NCBI GenBank assembly: GCA_965238175.1
Contig: CBDEGZ010000003.1
Coordinates: forward strand, 1,248,001 to 1,312,000
Reading direction: 5' to 3'
Source: Gammaproteobacteria bacterium
Lineage (GTDB): Bacteria > Pseudomonadota > Gammaproteobacteria > CAJXQU01
Length of the DNA stretch: 64,000 nucleotides
Shown here piece by piece: positions 32,200 through 41,453 of the stretch. Both the position numbers and the translations under genes were made by a program. Below the pieces are notes generated by a model, which saw nothing but the letters and a program-made list of their open reading frames with translations, made no database searches and had not been told where the DNA came from. The number at the start of each line of letters is the position of its first letter. Position 1 is the stretch's first letter.

Positions 32200-33630
32200 G
32201 TGTTTCCTAAAAAAGTAGATAAGAAAAGTGGACAAAAAAGATGGGTAACAATAGTGGGTAAGCGAGAATCAATTCATGGGCAGTGGTCTTCCCGCTGGGC
32301 ATTTATTTTAGCAGCCACAGGATCGGCTGTCGGATTAGGAAATATCTGGAAGTTTCCCTACATTGCCGGTGAGAATGGCGGCGGTGCATTTGTTTTAATC
32401 TACCTTGTTTGTATCTGCTTGATCGGCGTTCCAATTATGATGGCGGAAATTATGCTCGGTCGTCGTGGTCGACAAAACCCGATCATGTCTATGGAAACCT
32501 TGGCAAGAGAAGAGAACACCTCACCGAAATGGAAAGTGCTTGGTCTGATGGGCGTGCTTGCCGGTTTTATTATTCTGTCTTACTACAGCGTCATTGCGGG
32601 TTGGGCAATGTCCTATGTTTTCAAATCAGCTGCCGGGCTTTTTGTTGCAAGTGATGCAGAAACAGTGGGGAATATTTTTGCAGGACTAGTTTTATCACCA
32701 CAGCAATTAACGATCTGGCATAGCCTTTTTATGCTGTTCACGATGTTTGTGGTTGCACATGGCGTGCGTTCTGGTTTAGAAAAGGCTGTTTTTTGGTTGA
32801 TGCCGGGGATGTTTATTATTCTAATATTGTTAGTTGGTTTTGCAATAGCGAAAGGTAATTTCGCGCAAGGTTTTGCTTTTCTTTTCTCACCTGATTTTAG
32901 CAAAGTGGAATGGGGAACAGTTTTGACGGCGATGGGGCATGCTTTTTTTACGCTGTCTCTTGGTATGGGCGCGATCATGATTTATGGGTCCTATCTGCCG
33001 GACAGTGTCTCGATCGCAAAAACCAGCTTTATGGTCGCCGCCGCTGATACGTTAGTTGCTTTGCTTGCTGGGTTGGCTATTTTCCCGATTGTCTTTGTCA
33101 ATAATCTTGAACCGGGTGCCGGTCCTGGTCTGGTTTTTCAAACCTTGCCGATCGCTTTTGGCCAAATGCCGGGTGGTGTGATCGTTGCGACTTTATTTTT
33201 TGTTATGTTGGTTTTTGCCGCCTGGTCTTCAGCAATTTCTTTGATCGAACCAGCCGTCACGTGGTTAGTTGAGAAAAAGGAAATGACGCGCAAAAAAGCC
33301 TGTGTGGTTTCAGGGTTGGTTACATGGCTTTTAGGAATAGGAACGGTTTTATCGTTTAACGAATGGTCGTTTTCTTTCACGTTTGCAGGGCAAGAAAAGA
33401 CGACTGGTTTGTTTGATATCCTTGATATTTTAACTGCAAATATTATGTTGCCGTTGGGTGGATTATTAATTGCCATTTTTGCTGGTTGGAAAATGGCGAA
33501 AAGTTCGACTTTGGATGAGCTTGGAATGACGGCTTCTGATCTTGGCTATAAATCGTGGCGTTTTCTAGTCCGTTTCGTTACACCGGTTGTGGTGATCATT
33601 ATCATGATGAAAGCACTGGCTATTTTCTAA
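32200..33630 (+). CDS. Sodium-dependent transporter, NSS/SNF family (true start may be GTG 32254)
   Basis: W.SR..FILAA.GSAVGLGNIWKFPY..GENGGGAF; GHAFFTLSLG; GPGL.F. Confidence 0.93.
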   Translation: MFPKKVDKKSGQKRWVTIVGKRESIHGQWSSRWAFILAATGSAVGLGNIWKFPYIAGENGGGAFVLIYLVCICLIGVPIMMAEIMLGRRGRQNPIMSMETLAREENTSPKWKVLGLMGVLAGFIILSYYSVIAGWAMSYVFKSAAGLFVASDAETVGNIFAGLVLSPQQLTIWHSLFMLFTMFVVAHGVRSGLEKAVFWLMPGMFIILILLVGFAIAKGNFAQGFAFLFSPDFSKVEWGTVLTAMGHAFFTLSLGMGAIMIYGSYLPDSVSIAKTSFMVAAADTLVALLAGLAIFPIVFVNNLEPGAGPGLVFQTLPIAFGQMPGGVIVATLFFVMLVFAAWSSAISLIEPAVTWLVEKKEMTRKKACVVSGLVTWLLGIGTVLSFNEWSFSFTFAGQEKTTGLFDILDILTANIMLPLGGLLIAIFAGWKMAKSSTLDELGMTASDLGYKSWRFLVRFVTPVVVIIIMMKALAIF

Positions 33631-33663
33631 TTAAAAGTCTAAAAAGGAACAGATCGATTAAGT

Positions 33664-34095
33664 ATGAGCAAAATTAATAAGCGCGTTCTGGTACCGTATA
33701 CTGCCGAGCAAATGTATGGATTAGTCAACGATTCCAGCCACTATCCTGAATTCTTGCCCTGGTGCGAAAGTGTACGTGTGATTGAACAAAGTGAGACGGC
33801 AATAAAGGCAGAAGTGAGTGTCAGCAAAGGCAAGATCCGGCAGTCGTTTATTACCCAAAATAATATGGTTCCGGGTGAACGAATCGAAATGAATCTGATT
33901 GAAGGATCTTTCAAAAGCTTGCATGGTGTATGGCAATTTTCGTCACGAGGAGAAGTGGGTTGTGAAGTGACTTTGGAAATGGAATTTGAATTTGCAAAGG
34001 GCTTGCTCGGATTGGGTTTCAACAAAGTTTTTAGTGGCATAGCTGGTTCTTTGATGGATGCATTTTGCCAACGAGCAAGACAACAGTATGGATAA
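33664..34095 (+). CDS. ratA: RatA/PasT START-domain protein
   Basis: VPYTAEQMY.LV.D...YPEFLPWC; F..RA end; context next to smpB. Confidence 0.92.
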   Translation: MSKINKRVLVPYTAEQMYGLVNDSSHYPEFLPWCESVRVIEQSETAIKAEVSVSKGKIRQSFITQNNMVPGERIEMNLIEGSFKSLHGVWQFSSRGEVGCEVTLEMEFEFAKGLLGLGFNKVFSGIAGSLMDAFCQRARQQYG

Positions 34096-34360
34096 AGTCC
34101 TCGTGGCCTATGGTACGGTTAAAGAACAAGTTGAGCTTGAACTGTGTTGGCTGCGGGGAGAAACGGTTGAGGGTTTGATCATACGATCAAATATTCTCAA
34201 AAGTTTTCCTGAAATTGATCTTAAGAATAATAAGGTAGGAATATTCGGAAACTTATGTGAATTAGATGATGAACCCGAGTTGGGTGATCGCGTTGAAATT
34301 TATAGACCTTTAAGAATCGAACCTAAAGAGTCCCGACGACTCAAGGCTAAGAAAACATAG
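34088..34360 (+). CDS. ratB: RnfH/RatB ubiquitin-like protein
   Basis: VGIFG...GDRVEIYRPL..PKE.RR; overlaps the ratA stop. Confidence 0.88.
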   Translation: MDKVLVAYGTVKEQVELELCWLRGETVEGLIIRSNILKSFPEIDLKNNKVGIFGNLCELDDEPELGDRVEIYRPLRIEPKESRRLKAKKT

Positions 34361-34510
34361 TTCTGAATTTTGCAAGAGTTCGGAAACCAAGAAATGATCA
34401 TATCGAAATTAATCTGAAACCCATAAGCTGACGCCAAAATTCTGATTACCATTTGAACCTACAGCGGCTTTTTTCATTCGAGACAACAGCAATCGACGTT
34501 AATAATTGAG

Positions 34511-34843
34511 ATGAAAAAGGCCAATCCTGGTTATATCGTTACAAAACGCACTGAATATCACTCAAAGTATGAGCTGGAGGGGTTGTGTTGGGAGAACTTG
34601 CCCACGAAATGCTTTGGGCATAACAGTGTCATGGAAAGATTCTTTAGGAGTTTAAAAACAGAACGACTGAATCTATTAAGTTTTATCAATCATATTGTGG
34701 CCGTTATTGTCGTAGAGAGTTACATCTATTTTTATAACTACAGACGATTACATTCTTCTTTGGGTGATATCACGTTTGCGCAGAGGACAGCAGAAATGAA
34801 AAAAGTGGCTTAAAGTTCGTTCAAAATTACTTGACTATCACAC
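34511..34843 (+). pseudogene. IS3-family transposase C-terminal remnant with right end
   Basis: NSVMERFFRSLKTE...YI.FYNYRRLHSSLG; followed by IR-like TTACTTGACTATCACA. Confidence 0.8.
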
Positions 34844-35093
34844 TTTGATTTGCCCCGATTTATTGAGTGCTAATCTTTAATCAGATTTTCTTTTTGCAAT
34901 ATTTTTTACCTGGGTACGAATAAAACGGGGAGAATTCAGTTTCAAAAAAGCCTGGTCAGTTTGATTGGATAACCTCTATAATTTATAGATAAACAAGCTG
35001 ATTTTTACACAGGCACTGAATTTAGTTATAAAGGCACATCACCTGTTTTTGTCATGTTACTAATGCTCTCCTTGTATAGGGCTCTTTTCGATT

Positions 35094-35135
35094 AAAAAAT
35101 ACCCGACAGCACAAGAAATACTGTCGGGTAAAAAA
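35094..35135 (-). terminator. Terminator of the PHP-like gene (bidirectional form)
   Basis: TACCCGACAG / CTGTCGGGTA perfect 10-bp stem flanked by A runs. Confidence 0.8.
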
Positions 35136-35169
35136 TAAATTATTCATCTTTTATTTTTACTCTTACTCT

Positions 35170-36414
35170 TTAATTCTGTGCATCTACCCACAGAGGCCCT
35201 TTTATAGCCTGTGGCCAGGCCCGTTTGCGTGTATCTATTGGATCCAGAGCCTGGAAACGGATCCAATAGAAATCTTCCCAACCTGTATCAAGTGAAAAAG
35301 TAGTTTCGCCCTTGCTCTTGGGCATAACACCATTAACACGAACCTTATCCGTTGCAGAATCTTCCGGCTTGATCCCTTTACGTGCAATCGCCTCCATAGA
35401 ATATTGCCAAATGACCTCACTGTCTCCTGAATTGAGTGTTACCGTCCTGTTCGCTGCGTTATATACGACAGCACGTTTTGACTCATGAAGACTTAGCCCG
35501 CTACTTGCGTAAAAATCACCTGCTCGTAACGCGAGAAGAATCCCCGACCCATTAATTTCATCGTTTTCACTCGATGCCGGCCCCTCAAACTCCTCCACCC
35601 ACACATGAACAGAACCTATTGGATTATTCTTGAGCTCATCGAAGCTGTAGTCAGGACTCCAAAAAGAATCATTACCGGCAATGGCATGAAGATAGGTGCC
35701 ACGACTCAATAACTCATCAATAAGCCACTCACCATATTCAAACTGATAAGGCGTAGGTTTTCCTTTAATCGCTGCTAACTGACTGAAGCTATTAAAAATT
35801 TCCACACCCATCACGTCGAAATTAGTATAGAGTGGCTCCTTCGATTGGATGCTCCAAAGCATATTTTCCCACGTGTTATTGTCCTTATAAACAGGGACAC
35901 TTTCATTCTCACGTTCGAAAATATTGTAATACAGGGGGTGTACGATATAGGAATAAGTCGAAAACGTATCACTATGTGACTTTATCTGATTAACATGGAT
36001 AAACTGGCCACGTCTGTTTTCTGTAGAAAAGTAGCCCTTCCAATCGGCTTCTGGATCAATATCAAGATCCGGATCTGCCAGTTGCTGGGGGGTCCAGTCC
36101 CATAAATTATTTTGTAGTTCACGTGCCACCATTCCTACCATAGGAGATTTATGTGTATCAGCTTCCCAAAGACCAAAATTACCATCTTTTAATTTTCCGC
36201 TGCTGTCTGCATGTTGCGGTTTATATACATGTGGTCCACATGCAATAAAATCATATTTAGTAGGATAATCAGGATCATCTGCCAGTGTATGCGCAGCTTT
36301 AAAAACATCTGACATTGAATCTGCACCATATATATCTTTATAGGTTCCAGTTTCATACACTATTGAATGGCAGTGAATTGCGCCTACAACGGTTTTGGTT
36401 TTAAGAGCTACCAT
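35170..36414 (-). CDS. Divergent PHP-fold (CehA/McbA-like) metallohydrolase
   Basis: GAIHCHS (HxH), YDFIA..PH, VHP, GVEIFNS, AIAGNDS, ILLALRAGDFYASSG; RBS GAGGGG. Confidence 0.65.
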   Translation of the reverse strand: MVALKTKTVVGAIHCHSIVYETGTYKDIYGADSMSDVFKAAHTLADDPDYPTKYDFIACGPHVYKPQHADSSGKLKDGNFGLWEADTHKSPMVGMVARELQNNLWDWTPQQLADPDLDIDPEADWKGYFSTENRRGQFIHVNQIKSHSDTFSTYSYIVHPLYYNIFERENESVPVYKDNNTWENMLWSIQSKEPLYTNFDVMGVEIFNSFSQLAAIKGKPTPYQFEYGEWLIDELLSRGTYLHAIAGNDSFWSPDYSFDELKNNPIGSVHVWVEEFEGPASSENDEINGSGILLALRAGDFYASSGLSLHESKRAVVYNAANRTVTLNSGDSEVIWQYSMEAIARKGIKPEDSATDKVRVNGVMPKSKGETTFSLDTGWEDFYWIRFQALDPIDTRKRAWPQAIKGPLWVDAQN

Positions 36415-36589
36415 AATAAATTCCCCTCACTTAATGTAATGTTGTTGTCATTATCGAGATTGACAATGTCATGATAAAGATTATGTGATTTTAATACTGT
36501 GGGACACGGCAAACCTGTAGGCAAAAGTGTACTTAAAACTGTTGGCAAAAGAGAGGTGGTGGTGCGAAAATCATATATGGTCTCCTCCC

Positions 36590-36819
36590 GTATTGCAAGA
36601 TAAAACATTCAGATAACAGGGACAGGATTGCTGTCATATATACGGCCTTCAATGAAGTTTTCAACTTCTGACCTGGATGTATTACGCGCCTATTTTCCTT
36701 ATCAGGTTATCGGTATTAGTTACCCCTGAGCTCGACAGGTTTTCAATAGGCTGGTTTGACCTGTTATGCCATCTTTAGTTTTACCTTCGCAATTCGTTGA
36801 AATGATTTGTTCTCTCTAT
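36590..36819 (-). ncRNA. Predicted bridge/seek RNA region of the IS1111-type element
   Basis: Position typical of IS1111. Contains TAACCTGAT matching the target flank and ATATATGA matching the circle junction; stem GCCTATT/AATAGGC. Exact ends unknown. Confidence 0.7.
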
Positions 36820-37833
36820 TTAGGCCGGTGAGTAGTCATCACCAGAAACCGTTATAGCCCAGGCCATTCTTGCCATTTTGTTGGCATACGCCACACACGC
36901 TCGATTATGCCCCCGCGTCTCAACTAAACGATTAATCCATTGACTCAGTTTATCGCCTTTCGTTTTGGCTCTTGATACCACGGCCTTCGCGCCTAGAATT
37001 AACAAACAACGAAGGTATTTATTGCCGCGTTTACTGATCCCCAGTAGCACCTCTTTACCACCACTACTGTACTGTCGTGGAACAAGTCCTAATGAGGCGG
37101 ACACATCGCGCCCTTTGTGATAATGAGCGCCGTTTCCCACTTCATTAAAATACGCGCTCGAGACCATCGGCCCAAACCCTGGAATAGTTTGTAAGCGTTG
37201 GCAAATCGCATTGTTTTTTGCCGATTGAATGATCAATTGGTCAAATGTCGCAATACAGGCATCAAGTGATTGCCATTGTTCCTTTAGCTGGCGCAGTATC
37301 CTTTTGAAAGTAACGGACAACCGTTCGTTCTCATCACTTAATAGCAACGGGATAGATTGACGTAGGGTATTTAGGCCGGGACGAAGGCTAATGCCATATT
37401 CTGCAACAAGCGCTCTCATTTGGTTACATAATGCGGTTCTTTGTCTGACCGCTAAGTCTCTTGCTTTATGTTGTGCCTGGTTGTCTTGTTGCTCAACTGA
37501 TTTAATGCCCACACTTTTTAAATGAGGTTGTTTCGCAGCAACGGCGATGGCCAAGGCATCGTTATAATCATTCTTATTGCCGATTAGAAATGCGTTAACA
37601 TGCTGAGGTGGTAGTAATTTCACCTGATGTCCCTGTTGTTGTATCGCTCGGGCCCAATACTGTGACGTTGCACAAGATTCTATTGCGACTAAACAAGGAG
37701 GTTGAGATTGAAAAAAGGAGAGTACCTGCGCTCGCTTTAACATTTTCTTTTTGATTATACGCCCTTGTTGATTACAGCAGACAGCATGAAATACGTTTTT
37801 TGCTATGTCTAACCCGATTGTTGTAGTCTTCAT
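36820..37833 (-). CDS. IS110 family DEDD recombinase/transposase
   Basis: IGLDIAK, AIESC, NKNDYNDA, L.TIPGFG, GLVPRQYSSGGK, SKRGN.YLR, ANK.AR. Confidence 0.96.
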   Translation of the reverse strand: MKTTTIGLDIAKNVFHAVCCNQQGRIIKKKMLKRAQVLSFFQSQPPCLVAIESCATSQYWARAIQQQGHQVKLLPPQHVNAFLIGNKNDYNDALAIAVAAKQPHLKSVGIKSVEQQDNQAQHKARDLAVRQRTALCNQMRALVAEYGISLRPGLNTLRQSIPLLLSDENERLSVTFKRILRQLKEQWQSLDACIATFDQLIIQSAKNNAICQRLQTIPGFGPMVSSAYFNEVGNGAHYHKGRDVSASLGLVPRQYSSGGKEVLLGISKRGNKYLRCLLILGAKAVVSRAKTKGDKLSQWINRLVETRGHNRACVAYANKMARMAWAITVSGDDYSPA

Positions 37834-38019
37834 TTTGGTCTTCTCCTCTTTTGATTGTGTGTATGTCAGTTCAATCATGGCACCTAGATGCCGTTAGGGG
37901 GAGGAGACCATCACATCAGGTTAGCTCATCAGGGGCTGTTGATCGTTCATTTTTGTCACTAATTCTATCGAACCTGCCTTGGCAGAATACATAGTGTTGT
38001 GCGAAGTAATTGATACAAT

Positions 38020-38982
38020 TTAATGATGTAAAATCCAGGGAACGATTTCAGCAAGATCGTCATTCTCAACGACAACATCGGATAAATCTTTATGTGTAAC
38101 ATAATTCGGTTGGCAGGCAATGGTGAGTCCTGCTGAATTAACGACTGATTTGCCAGCAAAAGCTGCGCCTACGAATGCACAGTTGCTAGAGGAGATCCCT
38201 TGATCCCTGCAAATATATTCAATACCCCGTGACTTCTCATCAAGATCGTAGGGTGTTGGCGTAATAGACTGAAGAGATCCCCTGTTATCATATTTAAATC
38301 TATTGATGAATATATAATCGAATAGCCAGTAACAGTCCGGGATCATTATTTCCAGCAACGTATCTATACCTCCGGAAATAATAGCAGTTCGTACTCCTGA
38401 TAATTTTAACTGGTCCAGTGTTTTATAGAGATTATTTGTTACGTGGGTAGTCTGGGAAATAAGGTGAAAGTCTTTTTTTGATAATCCATAATCGATAAAG
38501 TATTTTCCGCAATATACACACCATTCCTCATAGTTAATCTTGCCGGTATAAAAAAGTTTAAGCCCCCTTTTCCTGAGTTCTCCGTTGTCACCAATAAATT
38601 CCCAAACCAATCGCCAGGAGAAATCAAACCCTTTTAACAATGTTCCATCTAAATCAAAAATAACCAACTTTATTTTATCTGTTGTTTGTTCAAATTTTAT
38701 TGCTTCTTTCTTAATTGGGCCGTCAGTTTTTTTATACAGAGACAGGAAAATTTCACCGATACTTTCAGATGGACTCAGTATGATGTCATTCCAACTTTCA
38801 AGCCCGAATCCCTTTGCAATTAATTCTAAACTTCGTTTTTGAGGTCTGAGCGTTTTGCCTGATTCCCAGAGATGATATTGTTTTCTATCAACGCCGCCAC
38901 AAGCAGTACCTGCTTCTTCCTGAGACCACCCATTTTTACAACGCAGCCAATATAACTTTTCTTTATATAATCTCCATTTCAT
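38020..38982 (-). CDS. XRE-type HTH fused to a HAD (phosphoserine-phosphatase-like) domain
   Basis: LR...GWSQEEAG...Y..WESGK..P HTH; FDLDGTL motif I, ISGG motif II, K motif III; motif IV reads GAAFAG instead of GDxxxD. Confidence 0.85.
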   Translation of the reverse strand: MKWRLYKEKLYWLRCKNGWSQEEAGTACGGVDRKQYHLWESGKTLRPQKRSLELIAKGFGLESWNDIILSPSESIGEIFLSLYKKTDGPIKKEAIKFEQTTDKIKLVIFDLDGTLLKGFDFSWRLVWEFIGDNGELRKRGLKLFYTGKINYEEWCVYCGKYFIDYGLSKKDFHLISQTTHVTNNLYKTLDQLKLSGVRTAIISGGIDTLLEIMIPDCYWLFDYIFINRFKYDNRGSLQSITPTPYDLDEKSRGIEYICRDQGISSSNCAFVGAAFAGKSVVNSAGLTIACQPNYVTHKDLSDVVVENDDLAEIVPWILHH

Positions 38983-39113
38983 TTTTCAGTGTCCTGTTTT
39001 CCAATAGATGGATCAAGTAGATCAATATAGCTGGAGTGACTGAGTTATTATGGTTGTTTTGGAAAGAATCTTCCTTAAGATGGTTAACTCACCAAAATTC
39101 AATCACCCTGATC

Positions 39114-39512
39114 CTATTGATTTTTGATCCTGCTAATTTTATTCATTTTCACCATACCGGATAAAAACTCTTGGTACAGTAATTTATAGAAGCCCCATGT
39201 TGTTAAGATTAATATCACCAAATAAGGTAATCTGGCGATAATCAATGCGGTTTGTAATGTTTTGAGTCCGGCTGCGAGTAGTAAAACTCCGACAACAGCA
39301 CCTGCAGCAATCCCTAAAAATGTACGATAGCGTGCGAAAGGATGTTCGCTACTCATCGATAACAATGTACAAATAACCAGGGTTGCTGAATCAGTCGGGG
39401 TTATAAAGTAAGTCACCAGAAGAATGGTATAAACTGATGTGGCAATTATCGTCAGAATCGTGTCCACTTCCATCAATTCAATGGTGGTGAATAGTGCTGT
39501 TTCAATACCCAT
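39114..39512 (-). pseudogene. C-terminal fragment of a BCCT (betaine/choline/carnitine) transporter
   Basis: ALF...LLVTYFIT..DSATLVI...GL..LQTA.II..LP; only ~130 aa of a ~500-aa family. Confidence 0.75.
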
Positions 39513-39847
39513 TAGTGTGCCGCTTTAAGGCTTAAAGCGGTCAGTGTAACCCGTCATTATGACAAACAGATTACAACCACTTGATTGGATACGATCTTTC
39601 AAGGCAGCTGGATATAAAATTATTCATACGCCACCTCAACAGGAGAGGTACAAATGAAACAAATAGTCGTATTTATTGCACTTAGTTTTTTTATTTTTTC
39701 TCTTCTGAGTGATGTCGAAACAAAATTAATTCAAGACCTATTCAAAGATCGGCTAAAAGCATTTTCTGACAAGGTCGTGACGGAAGGTTTGATTTTGACC
39801 AAGTCTTAAGTAGTTGCCATGGAACGTAAGCAACAGGATGAGATGAT

Positions 39848-40141
39848 GGGACGAAAGAACATAAAAAAATTGGATGGTATTGGGTGTTGCTTATGATGTT
39901 CCTCGCATTAACATCTTTATATGACTTGATTGGTAATGGTTGGCTTAGCTTACCAGCACATATATTTACATTAACAACATTTATTCTTTTGCCTTTGGCG
40001 ATTTGGTCTGCGAGAAATGGAAAAATTCAGTTCCATAAGTATTGTATGTGCATATTATTTGGTGTTTTAATAGTAGCACTTATCGCCTTCCTTCTCGTTC
40101 CCGGTAGATTATTGAATGTCTGGTTTCTTGGCGGCGCTTAA
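39848..40141 (+). pseudogene. 5'-truncated DUF2306-like membrane protein (first cassette)
   Basis: In-frame GTKEHKKIGWYWV...H.F....I..H...M...PGRLL; upstream in-frame stop, no start. Confidence 0.6.
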
Positions 40142-40147
40142 CCTAAC

Positions 40148-40207
40148 AGCTAACAAGGTGCTCAATCAAGGACGCGCTAACGCGCGCCGCTTAACTTGGC
40201 GTTAGCT
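40148..40207 (+). repeat. Integron attC site 1
   Basis: R'' AGCTAAC ... R' GTTAGCT (complementary), 60 bp, internal GCGCG.AA.CGCGC hairpin. Confidence 0.8.
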
Positions 40208-40229
40208 CTATAAGAGGAATAGTAACCAA

Positions 40230-40847
40230 ATGAATGATTTATATACGCAAGTGATCACCGTTTTTTTAGGCTTTTTTGCGATCATGAATCCTATTGCCAA
40301 TACCGCAGCCTTTGCTGGTCTGGCAGGAGACAAAAACAAAGCAGAACAAATTAAAATTGCAGCTAAAGCACTGATTATTACATTTTTTGTGATTCTATCT
40401 TTTGCGCTACTTGGAAAAGCGATCTTTCACTTATTTGGTATTACTATTTCTGCATTGAGGATAACAGGAGGTATTTTAGTATTTCTTGTCGGCTATCACA
40501 TGCTCAATGGACATGCTTCCAAGTTACATTCAGCTGAAAATAAAGAAGGATCTGATATAGCGGTATCGCCTTTAGCTGTTCCGCTTCTTGCTGGCCCTGG
40601 AACCATTGCAACTGCAATGAATTATTCTTCGTCAGGAGAAATAACAGGGATACTAATAACTGTATTTGTATTTGCAGTTTTATGTCTTATAACGTTCGTC
40701 TGCTTTATTTTCAGCTCAAATATTCTGGCGGTAATAGGTAAAAGTGGCCTTAGCATTGTTACTCGACTGATGGGGCTAATTCTTGCTGTTATAGGGACGC
40801 AAATGGTGATTATTGGGGTAACTGCTGTTGTCAGTACAATGAGCTAA
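40230..40847 (+). CDS. MarC family membrane protein (gene cassette)
   Basis: FFAIMNPI, ALRITGGIL, IAVSPLAVPLLAGPGTI, TRLMGLILA; stop lies inside the R'' of the next attC. Confidence 0.92.
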   Translation: MNDLYTQVITVFLGFFAIMNPIANTAAFAGLAGDKNKAEQIKIAAKALIITFFVILSFALLGKAIFHLFGITISALRITGGILVFLVGYHMLNGHASKLHSAENKEGSDIAVSPLAVPLLAGPGTIATAMNYSSSGEITGILITVFVFAVLCLITFVCFIFSSNILAVIGKSGLSIVTRLMGLILAVIGTQMVIIGVTAVVSTMS

Positions 40848-40922
40848 CAAGGCAATGAAAAATTACCCATAAAAAACGTGGGCTGGACTCGCTAACGCTC
40901 GCTTTTTATTGCAGCGTTGGTT
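40842..40922 (+). repeat. Integron attC site 2
   Basis: AGCTAACAAGGCAATGAAAA...TTTTTATTGCAGCGTTGGTT, 81 bp imperfect palindrome. Confidence 0.75.
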
Positions 40923-40940
40923 TCATTTGGAATTCATAGC

Positions 40941-41426
40941 ATGGATTATGAGACATTAGATAACATCGCGGATTCGTATATTCCTGTGTTGGCGATTACA
41001 GCGTTTCTTACAAGTGTTCTCGTGTCTTCAGGTTCGCACAGTCGTGTAAAAATAACTTTCTTCCGTCTGGCATGCCTAAGTATTTTACTGGGGGTTGCCT
41101 ATGGTTTTATGTTTTTGGATAATGCCTACCCTATATGGCCTAACCTAGGGCTAGATTATAGTACTCACACAGCCGTTTCATTAGTCTTGGTATTATTTTT
41201 GGGGCTGCTAATTCCAAAGTTGCTTTTGCTTTGGTCTTCCTCACTAGTAGTTTATTGTGGCTTGATGCTTTATCAGGAGTATCACAGTGTGGCCGATATC
41301 TTTTCTACAGCTTTTGTATTATTTGTAGCTATGGCTGTAATTTTTTTACCAATATTAGCCGGTGGCAAAGCTAACAAGTTGCTGCACTCGAAAAAACTGG
41401 TCGCTGTGCTCCCATTTTTCCGGTAA
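40941..41426 (+). CDS. Hypothetical multi-TM protein (gene cassette), PAP2-like C-terminal motifs
   Basis: LDYSTHTA and YH...DI motifs; lies between attC 2 and 3. Confidence 0.65.
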   Translation: MDYETLDNIADSYIPVLAITAFLTSVLVSSGSHSRVKITFFRLACLSILLGVAYGFMFLDNAYPIWPNLGLDYSTHTAVSLVLVLFLGLLIPKLLLLWSSSLVVYCGLMLYQEYHSVADIFSTAFVLFVAMAVIFLPILAGGKANKLLHSKKLVAVLPFFR

Positions 41427-41440
41427 GCAAGGCGTTAGGC
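41369..41440 (+). repeat. Integron attC site 3
   Basis: AGCTAACAAGTTGCTGCAC...GTAAGCAAGGCGTTAGGC, 72 bp. Confidence 0.75.
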
Positions 41441-41453
41441 AACCAAGTTACCC

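Larger units (their letters stand above)
36574..37918 (-). mobile_element. IS110-superfamily element, IS1111 group
   Basis: Perfect 13-bp sub-terminal IRs ATGGTCTCCTCCC (36577-36589) / GGGAGGAGACCAT (37899-37911); ~230-bp non-coding region downstream of the transposase. Confidence 0.9.

Noticed and set aside
37912-37930. IS1111 flank ATGAGCTAAC is identical to the start of attC 2, suggesting an attC-targeting IS
   Set aside because: The reconstituted empty site shows no matching R' box or attC-like palindrome, and the guide TAACCTGAT does not match the TAACAAG of the attC sites
40148-41440. Repeats as a CRISPR array
   Set aside because: Units are dissimilar internally and separated by whole genes; no cas genes. 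No CRISPR seen anywhere in the window.
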